Shown here: piece after piece, positions 23,470 through 36,971 of the stretch
Position numbering within the stretch: the stretch's first letter is position 1
How the letters are laid out: each line of letters starts with the position of its first letter
Source of the DNA: Octopus sinensis
Lineage: Eukaryota
Length of the DNA: 64,000 nucleotides
Assembly (NCBI RefSeq): GCF_006345805.1
Contig: NC_043019.1
Span: 23,559,360-23,623,359 of the forward strand
Direction of reading: 5' to 3'
The notes under the pieces: model-generated
What the model was told of the DNA's origin: nothing
The model's input: the letters and a program-made list of their open reading frames with translations, nothing else
Database searches by the model: none
Made by a program: the position numbers and the translations under genes

Positions 23470-23712
23470 CTACAAACAGTAAGGAAACAAACATAAACCA
23501 TTAGAGTAAATCAAAGCATCACACAGGTTGGGCGGGACATGGAAATCAAATCTGTAAAAGACATGACAAGGGGAGAACAAATTTCTGAGACCAAAATAAA
23601 GTAATTTGATGAAACTGATTCAGAAGTGGGGGAATATATACATATATTTATATACATATATATATATATACATATATATATATGCATATATACATACATG
23701 CATGCACATACC

Positions 23713-23753
<41 letters not shown>

Positions 23754-24709
23754 GCATATATAGGTACAGGACATCAAAAAAATGTAAACAAAATGCAAAG
23801 CGAGAACATAAAAAGCAAAAACATGGACAACAAACTTTTTTCGAACAACGAAAGAAACAAATAGAGAAACGAGACAGGCAGCATAAAGAACAATCCCTTC
23901 ATCAGTTGTCCCCTTTTTTATCTACTCCACGTTTCGAACATTGGGACAAGACGCGACTTCATTAAAACAGTCCTTCCTGCAAAGCAAATTAAATAAAACT
24001 TGGGATTTGCTGAGGGTTAAAGTGGTAACAAAAACAGGACAGTAAGAACAGTCTATGTTTCTAAGCCTGCATGAGTTGGACTACAACCAGATGTCTTTCC
24101 TGTTGTCAACCATCACTTGTTTCCAGACAGGATAATATTTTCTCATGGTCAGATATGCTTCTGTAGGACATTGGGAATGAATTATACTGTTTGCGTGACA
24201 GTGACACTCATTTACAACTATCATCCAAGCAGTGTCACCCATTTCCAATATTCTGGGAAAGTCTGTCTGTATTTTCTAAACAGTTAATTGGTCAACTGAC
24301 TTATCTGCTGCTACAGTAACATGTAATTGGTTGAGTATTCCAGACACATGTGCACTCAACATAATTCTCAGATGCAATCAGTGTAACTACTTTCTGAATT
24401 ACAGGCACAATCTACTTGATGGGCAGTTATAGAAAATGACATTTGCCCAAGATGAGATGAAGTGGAATCGAACTTGGGACGTAGTGGTTGAGAAGCGAAC
24501 TTCTTAACCATTCGGCCACTCTGCATATATCACAGGCGTATTAACACTTTAATACAACAAGCCATATACGCATCTGCTAGGAGCACGAATCGAACACGAA
24601 CATCACGGGAGTAAAAGAAAACAACTGCTCCTTTAAAAAAATATAAGAACAAAAATTTGAAAAGTCACACGGTTCAGATTTTAATTATTGACATGGAAAT
24701 TAGAAATAT

Positions 24710-24927
24710 GTTTCTTTACTACCCACAAGGGACTAAACACAGAGAGGACAAACGGATTAAGTCGATTATATCGACCCCAGTGCGTAACTGGTACTTAATT
24801 TATCGACCCCTTAAGGATGAAAGGCAAAGTCGACCTCGGCGGAATTTGAACTCAGAACGTAACGGCAGACAAAATACGGTAACGCATTTCGCCCGGCGTG
24901 CTAACGTTTCTGCCATCTCGCCGCCCT
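24710..24927 (-). mobile_element. SINE family B in SDE2 intron 1
   Basis: 22-bp TSD TTGACATGGAAATTAGAAATAT at 24688-24709 and 24928-24949. Confidence 0.9.
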
Positions 24928-26036
24928 TTGACATGGAAATTAGAAATATCGAAGTATTACATTCAGCATAACAACATAATTGTCTTCATTTTAGAAAGGA
25001 AGGAAACAATGTTTGTTTATAAAAAAAGTCGTCATAATTATCTTTATTATTGTTTCCTCTACTTCATGGTGAAATATCCAGAATGTAAGTTGTGTCCCCC
25101 TACACATTTCGACCATTAAAAAAAAAAACCTTTCAGGTCTTCACCTATATCAATATATATATATCACCTATTTTGTATTTCTAATTAAATGTTCCAACAG
25201 TTGAAGCGTAAGGCCAGCTCTGACCCAAAAGACCTTCGATCAAGAGTGTAATGTATCTAACATTACATTATCTACAATGCCTTTTTTTTGGTGATATTTT
25301 AACAGCATCATTAAAAATATAATTGCTTTCACAATGTTATTTTCCATCTTTTCGTGTCAATTCTGACAAGAACTTGCCACTCTCAGTAGTTGAAGAATGA
25401 CATCCAATTACTAAAACGTCAAAAGTCACCAATCTAATACTACTTTTAGTTTGCAAATTAAAAAAAAAAATGTAAACACGCTCGATTTCGTATAAGAAGG
25501 TTGAAGATTTAATAATTTCCTTTATCAAAGTTAAAAACAAGGGGAATAATTCTGGATATAACAAGGGAAGTAATCAAACAATTATTAATATCAGTGTGAG
25601 TGGGTACATAATAATTTTTTTTGAGCCGTTAAATTTACTTTTTTATTTCTTAAAATTTACTTTGTGTTTTGAAAGACGCTACATCTATGATCTGAGGGCG
25701 GTTTGACTACTAGTTTTAGCATATCAATTAACTATATAGACGAAAAATTTGCATCGCTAACTCGATGTGTCAACGTCCTTACTTAATATGACAAGCCTGT
25801 AGATTAATATACAGGGCTAGATTTATCTCAAAATGTAACCTAATGGAATGAAATAATACATCAATATCTTAAATAAAAGCATTTAAACATGATTATATAC
25901 ACATTTATATATTATACACAAGAAAAATACGGTGAATCGTTAAAATAAACCTAACAGCCAATGTATGTTTATGTATTGCTTATATAATTTTACGGTATCA
26001 TATAAACATCTGTGGAGTATATTAATAATATGTCAC

Positions 26037-26165
26037 CTGTGGAAGAAGAGCCCCAGTCTGTAACCAACGTTTAACATCACCAATGGTTGATGGTGAGCCA
26101 TAATTGTAAACAAATGACTTTCTAAATCCAGCGAGACCAAAATTTAGGAAACAACAATCAGCCAT
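26037..26165 (-). CDS. SDE2: SDE2 exon 1, start of ubiquitin-like domain (MADCCFLNFG...GALLPQ)
   Basis: ATG at 26165, 129 nt, CAG|gtgaca donor. Phase 0 joins exon 2 in frame. Confidence 0.8.
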
Positions 26166-26186
26166 GTTGAAAAATTAATTGCTGAA

Positions 26187-26215
26187 TGAGCATGCGCAAA
26201 CCCTGAGCATGCGTA
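26187..26215 (-). promoter_or_regulatory. Two NRF1-like motifs in the SDE2 proximal promoter
   Basis: Minus-strand TGCGCATGCTCA (26187-26198) and TACGCATGCTCA (26204-26215), 22-50 nt upstream of the ATG. NRF1 consensus is TGCGCATGCGCA. Confidence 0.45.
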
Positions 26216-26475
26216 TTGTAAACGAAGGTGGGTTAATGTGAAGATGCAAATTAGGTTCGAGTTTCCGGAGGAAGGAATTTCGTTGATTTTGACGTTAAAT
26301 GGCCTTGAGAAATTTCCTTTCTCTATAAATTTGTGGCTGGGTGTCCCAAAGTGGAAACCAATGTAGCTAAAGAAAAAATTCACTATGTTATTACAAGAAA
26401 CTTCGGCAGTGTATCGAATTAAGCAATCTAGTGTAACTTTTTTTTCGAAATTTTCTCCAGATTTCCAATCGGCGG

Positions 26476-27454
26476 AAATTACATTAACTTTTTGGTTAAT
26501 GTTTACTTACACACCCGAAATCGAAAGCAACAAACAAAACAAGTGTAGTAGGTGTAAAAAAATGTGTATTGAACGAATATGAAAGCAAAAATTTGCGCCA
26601 ACGAAAAGGTGGGGGTGGGGAGAGGACTTTCGGAAAATTCACAAGATCCGATTTTTTCCCTCATAACTTATAGGAAAATGGATATCTTTTAGTGAAATTC
26701 TATATAAATACCTTTCAAAAGGCACAGATTGCGATTATAAAGAAATTTTGGGAGACATTTTTTTCCGTGGGGCAGAGGACTTCTGAAGAGAAAGAAATTC
26801 ATAATTTTTTTTTTGCTTGAATGTAATGGAAAAAAGTTTTAAAAAAAATTTTTTTAGATTCATTTATTTTTTGTTTGAGTAATAGGAAAAGGTTTTAAAA
26901 AAGATCTCATGTATCATGGTGAGAGAAATAAATTCATAAATACGGTGTGGAATATGGTTTCACTATGGAAAAAATGTTAAGGGCGATTTAGCTGTTGTTT
27001 TTAGCATATCTCCACATTTGGGATCTTTTTAAAACCATTTTTATTACTCAAACGAAAAATAAATGAATCTAAATATTTCTTTTTCAACCTTTTTTCCAAG
27101 CAAGAAAAACAGAAGAATTTATGAATTTCTTTCTTTTCGAAAGTCCTCCCACCCCCGGGTAAAAATTTTCCCCAAAATTTGTTTATAATCGCAATCTATG
27201 CCGTTTGAAATGTATTTATATAAAATTTCATTAAAAGATATCCATTTTCCTATAAGTTATGAGGGAAAAAAATCGGATCTTGTGAATTTTCCGAAAGTCC
27301 TCTCTCCACCCCCACCGGTTCGTTGGCGCAAATTTTTGCTTTCATATTCGTTCAATACACATTTTTTTACACCTACTACACTTGTTTTGTTTGTTGCTTT
27401 TGATATGATGGCAGGGTGTGAAAATAAACATTAACCAAAAAGTTAATGTAATTT
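26476..27454. repeat. ~980-bp imperfect palindrome (foldback element)
   Basis: Left arm AAATTACATTAACTTTTTGGTTAATGTTTA... pairs with right arm ...TAAACATTAACCAAAAAGTTAATGTAATTT. Arms about 430 bp, spacer about 110 bp. Confidence 0.85.
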
Positions 27455-29172
27455 TACGATCTAAGATGGAGGTCAGAGTGTTTCTGTCACGCCATTGCAC
27501 ATAAAATATCAGTCAGAGCCTTGTTTGAAACGAGAAACTTCAAAGCCCATCAATTAAAAGTTCGTGTTTGTTTCTTAGAACTGTATCATAATCTTACGAG
27601 ATAGGAGTCTAACAGACAATAGTCTCTCGTTATTAAATTTATGATGAAAAACGAAGGCTTCACCCACCTCACATTGCACATATCATGTCAGTCGGTTATA
27701 ATATTAGAAGAGTTTTCTTTTGGAATAATTGCTGTGTTCATGAATATTTCTCTTACAAAACAGAACTCCATTTCTGAAATGTCACACAAATTCGGATTAC
27801 AGAGTAATTTGTTGTTGATGTATTTTCCTTAAGGACATGACACGAGATACATTTTCCATTAGGACAGCACCTTTGAAGAGAACATAGAGGTACGATTCTG
27901 TACTCACCACCTTTGTCTCATTCTTTTCTTTTTTCCGTAAAAAGACTCTCTCACGTCTGTCACAAGAATCTTCCGATTGCATTGCAATCAGAAGATTGTT
28001 TCTATGTAAAAATGCAACAGAGTTTACAACTGACAAGATGTCCGAAAATATATCAAATGCCAGGCAGATGGTTGAGCGAGTTCAAGCCGATGTTCTCGGT
28101 TTGGAATTTAAGGGGACACTAATTCTGGTAATATTTCGTGGTGTTACTACAGCGGGCTCCCTATCCCGTTATAATGAAAATGAAAGTAGAATACCGTACC
28201 ACAGTACAAAGCGAAAGTAAAATGAAATCATCGAAGTAAAAATGAAAGTAAAATGCTTCGTTATAGCAGAACTATAAAGTAATATGCCTCACCAGAGTCA
28301 AACCAATGAAGGAAAACTGCTGCGCTATAGTACAGCTAAAAGGAAAATCAAATGAAACGAACCGTTTTTGATGGCATTAAAGATGCACGGGCATATTAGA
28401 TACACCTCAATTTCTGCAGTGCATATTCAGGAGAAAAGGTTTTTAATGTATTTAAAGCATGTAATATTTAAAGCAAAATTAGCTTATGGGAAGCCCAACC
28501 TCGTATATAGGCCCTGGGGCAATTGTTTGATAACACATACATACACACACACACACACATACACGTCTTGCATGGTGAATACATCTTGTAATTACGGTAA
28601 GCAAATACGGTAGGTACATTTCGTAATTTCATCGTTTCTGTTTACTTTTTTTTCTGTTACTTTCTTTTAACTTTATCTCCACAATACAGAAGTACAGATA
28701 CAGAAGTACCGATACAGAAGTACCGATAAATTTTCTAATCATATCTTTACAAAGTGCTTGAGAAAGGATACATTTAGCATCGCAATCCTTAATCCAAAAT
28801 GGCTGCACATGTATGGTTGATGGAATTATAAAGTTCTCAAACAATTTTCTGTTGAATATTCTCATAACTACAAATTAAAAGTAAAAATTTTATGCACAAA
28901 ACATAATCATTAGAATATAAAGTTGCTCGCCAAAAAACGTTTAATTTTATATACTTATTTTCAGCCAATTTTATTTTCTTAAACTACAAAGCTAATTGTG
29001 TAAGACCATCAGAAAACTCCTTTTCATAAATATGAAATGAATATTTCTGATTGAGGAACGATAGAGGAGGGTTGAAATGAAATTACTGATTGGTGCGGAA
29101 ATGTCAAAAGATTAGAGTACCGTTAAATTGGATAATCATAGAGGATGTGAATTTATATGTTTGAAAAGGAAA

Positions 29173-29245
<73 letters not shown>

Positions 29246-29644
29246 GATGTTAATACGGCTTGTTGCTTATTTTTGTGATTGCCTGCAGAAATCTCAGAGT
29301 AAATAGATTAGATTTGTTATAAACGCGATCAAATTCAGTCGAGCTGATAAAATGTGCTTTTGTGAATGAAAGGTTGTTCTGAGGCGGCTTATTCATTCAC
29401 AGCTCGTACTTACGTGTTTGAAAATCACTAACACAACAATTCACAGATTTCATTGATTTTTTTATCAAATAAATTCATTCAAAATTATTTACCACCACCG
29501 GTACGTATGTTCTGGTAGTTTGTCTTTATCTTGTTTCCTTCTCGCTAATCTTGTGTCTACTCACACTAGCTGAGTCTGCTAGTGTGAATGTATGTGCGTG
29601 TGTGTACGTGTATATGTATATACATTAATACACACACACATGTT

Positions 29645-29679
29645 TTACGTAGGCTAGTATACACCACACTTACATACAC

Positions 29680-29753
<74 letters not shown>

Positions 29754-29980
29754 TATATATAGATATATATACTGTATATATATATGTATATATATATGCA
29801 TATATATATATACATACACACACAGACACATATATATATATATATAGATATATATATACTGTATATATATATATGTATATATATATGCATATATATATAT
29901 ATATATCTGTATACATAAATATGTATATATATATGCATATGTGTATGTGTGTGTGTGTGTGTATGTATGCATATATGTAA
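29645..29980. repeat. (TA)n/(CA)n compound microsatellite
   Basis: Directly visible. Confidence 0.95.
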
Positions 29981-31234
29981 AGTCCTGGTTATGACTTTGA
30001 ACCCCATCCAGTAGAGTGGCTCTAGTTCGGAAGTTCTACGGTTTTGAGGAGTGTGGAACCATCTCTTGACCATTATTGCCCCCAGGATTACTCTGACCAT
30101 GAGTAGTAGCATCTGTCAGGGTCTCAGGTATGGGTTAACAAGCTAGCATATGTGATAACGAACCATCTGAGTGCGGGCACTCAAAAATACCGTTGGTTGG
30201 TGTGAGGGCGCGTAGTAAAACCAGCGGGAGTGAAGAGACCCTAGCTTTTGTCACAGCATCCTTCTGATGTAAAACCTGCAGCTTCACGTGATTGCTTGTC
30301 ATCTCTTCTAATCACCGAAACGCAGGACGTGGTACTGTTGTGGAAGGATTCCAATCAACCCCTGGTGACTGAACGTGGACCGAAACGTTTCTATTAAATA
30401 GACAACTGTTAGGTCGTCAGGCATTTGAGTTGATAACAGTTCACGGTGGGCCTTTGGTATAGAGCGTTGAGTCTCGTGTAATAGTAATAGTAGTGCGTCG
30501 TGTATATACTTTCTTCCTCCCTGCTTCGTTATATTATACATCACAATACAAGGATACAAAAGGTGCTCGTGTTGAACAAGCGCTCATCATCATTATAATT
30601 CAATGACATACAGATGTCTCTTTATGGTGACCTCATTTTCCATCCTGAAAATCCTATGTGGTGACGTGTGCAGACCTAACCAACTTTCGCCTGTCACCCA
30701 TGCTTCAAATCATGCAGATCTGCAACGGGACTGAATAATCATTTGAGCGGTCATGGATGGAAAGTCACGAATGATATTGATCATGAGGAAACACAATGAA
30801 GCAGTAATTATCTGTGAGATGGAACACTATGTAAGTGTGTAATACAAAGTGATTTCTTTGCGATAATCAGTAAGTTTTGGTTGCCCCGAGGAAGGAAAAA
30901 AATATAAATTTTCGGCCATGACGGAGTGGTCGATGGAAAACAAAGCGAATGAATAGCTTTAAGTGGTGACAGGAAATAGAAGAGGAGGGAAGAATCAGTG
31001 AATGATATGTAGAGTGAGGACAGCTTTGTAGGGGCGGTGGGGGGGGGGGGGGAGAAGGATGGCTCAAAGAGGAGCGGCGTTCGAAATGTATTACAAATGT
31101 AACATTTTTATCAAAAGATATTAAAAATTAAAATTCCCAAAAATGTATTGCTCATAATGAATTGAGTCAAAGGTTACGTAGAGGATGATGACAAACTGGT
31201 GCAATAGTTTACGACTTTCGCGTTTCGGTTATAG

Positions 31235-31301
<67 letters not shown>

Positions 31302-31315
31302 ACACACACACAAAG

Positions 31316-31810
31316 CACTTCGTGTTGACGACAAATGCTAAGATACATCGAAATTCTTTCGGTTGACGGAATTTCAATGGTACCGGGTGATGGCGTTATC
31401 ACATCACGGGATTTCATGGTATTGCGAATCATCAGTGACAGCTAGCTAAGCACTGAATGCCAGCAGGCCGAATATCAGTCAAATTGATATAGAATAACAT
31501 TGGACAAACAACCAGTGAAGTCGCGAAAAGCTGACGAGCTGTGTATAAATTAGCTTTTAGCAACAGAAATGGCATTTGTAATAAATAGTAATTTGCCTAT
31601 CCAACCCAACGTAGCTATATTGTTTATAACGTCGTAGACTGCGGTGAATGACATTGGCCAGCATTATTCTATATCGGTTTGAGTGATTTTTTTGACTAGG
31701 CATTCAATACTCGGCTAGCTTCCGTTAATGATTTCATCGCTGGTGCTAACGAAATTTTGACAACCGTTAGAATTTCGATGCTTCTTAGCATTTGTTGTCT
31801 ACACGAAATG
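31316..31810. repeat. Diverged inverted repeat (old foldback/MITE)
   Basis: CACTTCGTGTTGACGACAAATGCTAAG... versus reverse complement of ...CTTAGCATTTGTTGTCTACACGAAATG; similarity continues about 200 bp inward. Confidence 0.65.
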
Positions 31811-31961
31811 ATATCTTGGGACGTTCACCGCAGTCAACGGCGTTATAAACAGCATACCCAAACCAGTTTGGATGTACTTATTAATATCTCTTATTATAAA
31901 GGCTGCTTCTGCCGCGCTAATATATATATATATATTTCTCTCCTTGTTTCTTTTCTGTGTA

Positions 31962-31999
31962 TCTTTCTGTCGAAGCGCGTAAGCTCGAAACGTAAAAGA
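31962..31999 (+). ncRNA. Putative minimal type I hammerhead-like motif, CUGUCGA core (copy A)
   Basis: TCTTT-CTGTCGA-A-GCGC-gtaa-GCTC-GAAA-CG-TA-AAAGA; one stem II mismatch. Confidence 0.4.
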
Positions 32000-32101
32000 C
32001 TTGTTCTATTTCTATTCCTGAGCGCCATACTAATACATTTGTTTGTTTGTACTCCACTTGCCTTCGTCTTTTGTTTATTTTCGTAAACCTTCCCGTTATA
32101 C

Positions 32102-32138
<37 letters not shown>

Positions 32139-32190
32139 ATATAATATATATATATATATATGTATATACACATACGTACACACACACACA

Positions 32191-32239
<49 letters not shown>

Positions 32240-32836
32240 AATCTCGGTTGGTTCACCAGCGGCGATAAATAACAGAACTCAGTACAAATGTAGAGTATAC
32301 TTTGATACATTATAATTGAAAGGCACCGATTTCCAGTAATCCGAGTTGCTCGTTTCCGTTTATCAGCTGGTAAACCAAGCCACACTTTCTTTTGAATATC
32401 CACTGTCTGAAAATGTTTTGAAATATGTAATGAAATGAAAGCTTATAGAAAACACTCATTGTTATGTTCTTTTGTTTAAAATTCCTTTGTGAACGACACG
32501 TGCGAAGATGGCTGCTTCAAGCTCACGTTTTTGATCTTATTTCTGGTTCTCGTGGAAATGTTTATTATAAAAAGCTCACAAACTCCATTCACTGAAAGTC
32601 ATGAAATTACGTTGCTGCTTGAGCAATGTTTCAAAATAATACTTTTAAGTAATACTTTCAATTAAATCTTTTAATTAATGTTTTTTAAAAACAATGAGTG
32701 TGTATGTGGGTGTTCATTTTGCATGCGCATGCGCAGACGGTATATACGTACGCGTATGTACGCTCTTAGATATGCATATGTGCGCATACGTGCTAAAACT
32801 TATATCAATAAAACCTATTATTAAACGTTTCGAACC

Positions 32837-32877
<41 letters not shown>

Positions 32878-32935
32878 TGTATGTGTGTATGGACGTACAT
32901 GTGTGTGTGTGCATGTGTGTGTGTGTGTGTGTGTG

Positions 32936-32967
<32 letters not shown>

Positions 32968-33805
32968 TATGGTTAATCGTTTACTTGTTTCAGGCATTAG
33001 ACTACGGCCATGCTGGAGCACCGCCTTAAATGGTTTAGTCGAAAAAATCGACCCCAGGACTTATTTTTTTTTTAAAGTATGGTACTTATTCCATCTTTCT
33101 CTTTTGCCAAGTTGCTAAGTTACCAGGACGTAAATAAACCAACACGGTTGTCAAGCGGTGATGGTGGGGGACTCACACACGCACAAAGATATACATACAT
33201 ATACGACGAGCTTCCTCACAGTTTCCGACTACCAAATTCACTTATAAAGCATTGGTCAGTCCGGGGGTATAGCAGAGAATATGCCCTATGTGCTACGCAG
33301 TGGGATTCCTTGGTTGCAAAGCGAGATTCCTTACCACACGGCCATGTCTGCGTCTATACACACATAAACACACTCGAACACACACACGCGCGCACCAGTG
33401 CCTGCGTGCATACGCACCAGTGCCTGCGTGCACACGCACCAGCGCCTGCGTGCACATGCACGTCATTCTTAAGTCCAGTATAATAATTGTTCCAAAGATT
33501 GGTAGAAGGATAGCGATTTCTAGAGGAGGCGTTGGCCGTGTACATCGACCGGGGTACGCGACTGGTACTTTATATATCAACTTCGAAAGGACGAAAGGCA
33601 AAGTTGGATTTGCTTTGAACTCAGAACATAAAGGCAGATATAGGGCACGGGGTTTCTTCTGTCACCCTCATGATTCCATCAGACGACCGAGTTTGTTTCT
33701 AAACATTTATAGGGAAGACGTGAGAAAGGAGAGGGTTTCTGAGGGTTCTGAGAAGTGGCTAGCCAATGTTTGGAAAGGTGTCTCCTTAGATGCGGTCTCG
33801 GGGTT

Positions 33806-33809
<4 letters not shown>

Positions 33810-33899
<90 letters not shown>

Positions 33900-33903
33900 A
33901 AGG

Positions 33904-33952
<49 letters not shown>

Positions 33953-33980
33953 CAGACAGACAGAGAGAGGGGGAGAGAAT
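33810..33980. repeat. (GA)n microsatellite
   Basis: Directly visible; source of the ER-repeat ORFs. Confidence 0.95.
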
Positions 33981-34899
33981 GACAAGAATTTGAAAGTAAG
34001 CAAAACAGGCTCGGTTGAGAGGATAAGGGATAAGCCACAACCACAGAATTAGGATTAGTTTTGGTCATTTTCAAAATGAAAGCAGTTTAAGAAAGGTGGA
34101 ATGTTTTTTTTGAATGTAACGAGGAAGTCCGCACCTTGTTTTCTTACCTGCCGAGTGGGAAATAATTTGATAAGTGAGACTACTTGACGTTAGAATCAAT
34201 GTTTTTGTTGTCGTTGTTTTGTGTCCTCAGGCTGGCCGCGATCGAATTTTCTGACATATGAGACACGGGTCGCCGACCGAACGACGAGGTATAACATAAC
34301 ACGCATTCTCTTTTCAGTAACATTATAACTCCACCTAATTAACAACAATACTTCCCACTCAAACATGCAACGAATATATTATGTTGGGTGTAGAATGAAA
34401 GTCTGGATATGTTGCCCCCTTCCCCGTCTGTCGTTACGTTCTGAGTTCAAATTCCGCCGAGGTCGACTTTGCCTTTCATCCTTAAGGGGTCGATAAATTA
34501 AGTACCAGTTTCGCACTGGGATCGATGTAATCGACTTAATCTCTCTCTCTCACTTCACTGCCAAGACTATTTCTATATACCAGTAGATCCTGGTGTTGCC
34601 AGAGCGGAGGCAGATCAAGTTGACTCCATCAAAACACAGCAGTTACATAGGCTTGTAAACAGGAAGTGTAGGAGGAGCAAGCGGACCCCTTTAATTTTTT
34701 TGAGGCAATGAAAATGCTTTGAACATCCTGGGCTGGATCTAGGTTTGTATCCCCTAACACATTTCGTTCCCGCTCTTATGAACTGTTACAGTTCTTTTGT
34801 ACTCAGTATTGGTTGGTGTGCATCTCAGCACAATGTTTGAGGCGGCGGAGGGGCGGGTTTAGGCAAATAACTGGTGATGCAGCTATTTCTGTGTGGATG

Positions 34900-35130
34900 C
34901 TAAGGCGGCGAGCTGGCAGAAACGTTAACACGCCGAGCGAAATGCGTAGCTGTATTTCGTCTGCCGTTACGTTCTGAGTTCAAATTCCGCCGAGATCGAT
35001 TTTGCCTTTCATCCTTTCGGGGTCGATAAATAAAGTACCAGTTTCGCACTAGGATCGATGTAATCGACTTAATCCCTTTGTCCTTGTTTGTCCCCTCTAT
35101 GTTTAGCCCCTTGTGGGCAGTAAAGAAATA
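34900..35130 (+). mobile_element. SINE family B
   Basis: 16-bp TSD TATTTCTGTGTGGATG at 34884-34899 and 35131-35146. Confidence 0.88.
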
Positions 35131-35201
35131 TATTTCTGTGTGGATGTTTGTCCAGGGATGAGTGTTTCTAAGTTATTGTTCCTGTAGTAACATTATGAGC
35201 A

Positions 35202-35433
35202 GGCGGCGTGATGGCAGAAACGTTAGCACGCCGGGCGAAATGCGTAGCCGTATTTCGTCTGCCGTTACGTTCTGAGTTCAAATTCCGCCGAGGTCGATTT
35301 TGCCTTTCATCCTTTCGGGGTCGATAAATTAAGTACCAGTTACGCACTGGAGTCGATATAATCGACTTAATCCGTTTGTCTGTCCTTGTTTGTCCTCTCT
35401 GTGTTTAGCCCCTTGTGGGTAGTAAAGAAATAG
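35202..35433 (+). mobile_element. SINE family B
   Basis: Full-length match to other family B copies. Confidence 0.85.
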
Positions 35434-35713
35434 ATATGATGAGACGTGTATGGATGAGTGGGTTTTCATGTCGTGACAGGAATGTAAGGACTAAAGCTTG
35501 TTATGGCAACACATCACGCTATTCACGTGACCAGGCGGTCTTCTATCGTTAGTATTTTTATTTCGTTATATATATGGACTGTGAGTGATGTCTATGTACG
35601 AACCATTGTGACCTATAATGCACTGCTTTATGTACTTAGTCCTTTATTGTGGTTTGTTGTGTAGAGATTGGGGTCCGGGTAAAACTAGTGTAGGCAATGA
35701 CGGCCCTAATGTA

Positions 35714-35940
35714 TTACTCTTTTACTCTTTTACTTGTTTCAGTCATTTGACTGCGGCCATGCTGGAGCACCGCTTTTAATCGAGCAACTCGACCCCGGGA
35801 CTTATTCTTTCGTAAGCCCAGTACTTATTCTATCGGTCTCTTTTGCCGAACCGTAAGTAACGAGGACATAAACACACCAGCATCGGTTGTCAAGCAATGC
35901 TAGGGGACAACACAGACACCAAACACACACATGCATTATA

Positions 35941-35981
<41 letters not shown>

Positions 35982-36137
35982 CATATACGACGGACTTCTT
36001 TTCAGTTTCCGTCTACCAAATCCATTCACAAGGTTTTGGTCGGCCCGAGGCTATAGTAGAAGACACTTGCCCAAGGTGCCACGCAGTGGGACTGAACCCG
36101 GAACCATGTGGTTGGTAAACAAGCTACTTACCACACA
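35714..36137 (-). mobile_element. SINE family C
   Basis: Near-identical to 19524-19927. Confidence 0.85.
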
Positions 36138-36644
36138 CCTTTCTTGCGATTTCTTTCTGTTGAACAAATGTAGTAACGCCGTGAATACTCTAAATATGTT
36201 GGCTGGTCAGTTAACTCCCTTTTCTGTACCTCTCATGTGTATTGGAAATATCGAGAAAGAATTGTATGTAACTCCTTGCATATTTTTTGTGTTTGGCTGT
36301 GTTAATGTTGTGACGGTTTGTTGTATTTGGTGTTTGTTGTGTTAGGCGTTGCTAGTAAAGAAGGAAACGGTGCATCTTGTAGACGCTACTTCAATTCTGT
36401 TGTTGTTCATTTGGACTGGTGGAGTTGCGCAGTAGTTCCTGGAGAAATGGTGGGAGGAAGCGATTGCGCCATCTGTGTATGAATCTGACTTGTTTTGTGA
36501 AAGTGTGGGAAGATTATGTTGGTGTAGAGGAATTTCAGAATTGTTATAATTTTGCCCTGCTTCCATATTTGAGGAATTTGACAGTGTTAGCACAAGTAGT
36601 TGTAGAGGTTGAGAAGGGCAGTGTGGTGTGTGTGTGTGTGTGTG

Positions 36645-36688
<44 letters not shown>

Positions 36689-36879
36689 GTGTGTGAGTGT
36701 GCGTTAGAGAGATAGAAAGAGAGAGATAGAAAGAGAAAGAAATAAGATGATAGTGAAGAATAGAGAGGGGAGAGGAGAAAGAGGTACAAAAGAAGGAAGA
36801 GGGAGGAACAAGGGGCAAGTCGGACAACTACGGACAGAGCATGAGATAATCAACAACAATAGGGAATGACTAAAGGAAT

Positions 36880-36930
36880 ACACACGCACTCACACACACA
36901 CACACACACGCGCGCGCGCACACACACACG

Positions 36931-36971
<41 letters not shown>

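Noticed and set aside
27996-28220. ORF MSENISNARQMVERVQADVLGLEFKG... as a divergent gene opposite SDE2
   Set aside because: No family recognised and no compatible downstream exons found. A minus-strand donor at about 27909 is equally unsupported.
30361-30395. CTGGTGA...CCGAAACGTT as a hammerhead
   Set aside because: No stem II or stem I pairing.
33288-34052. 254-aa ORF
   Set aside because: It is a chimera of SINE fragments and a (GA)n tract.
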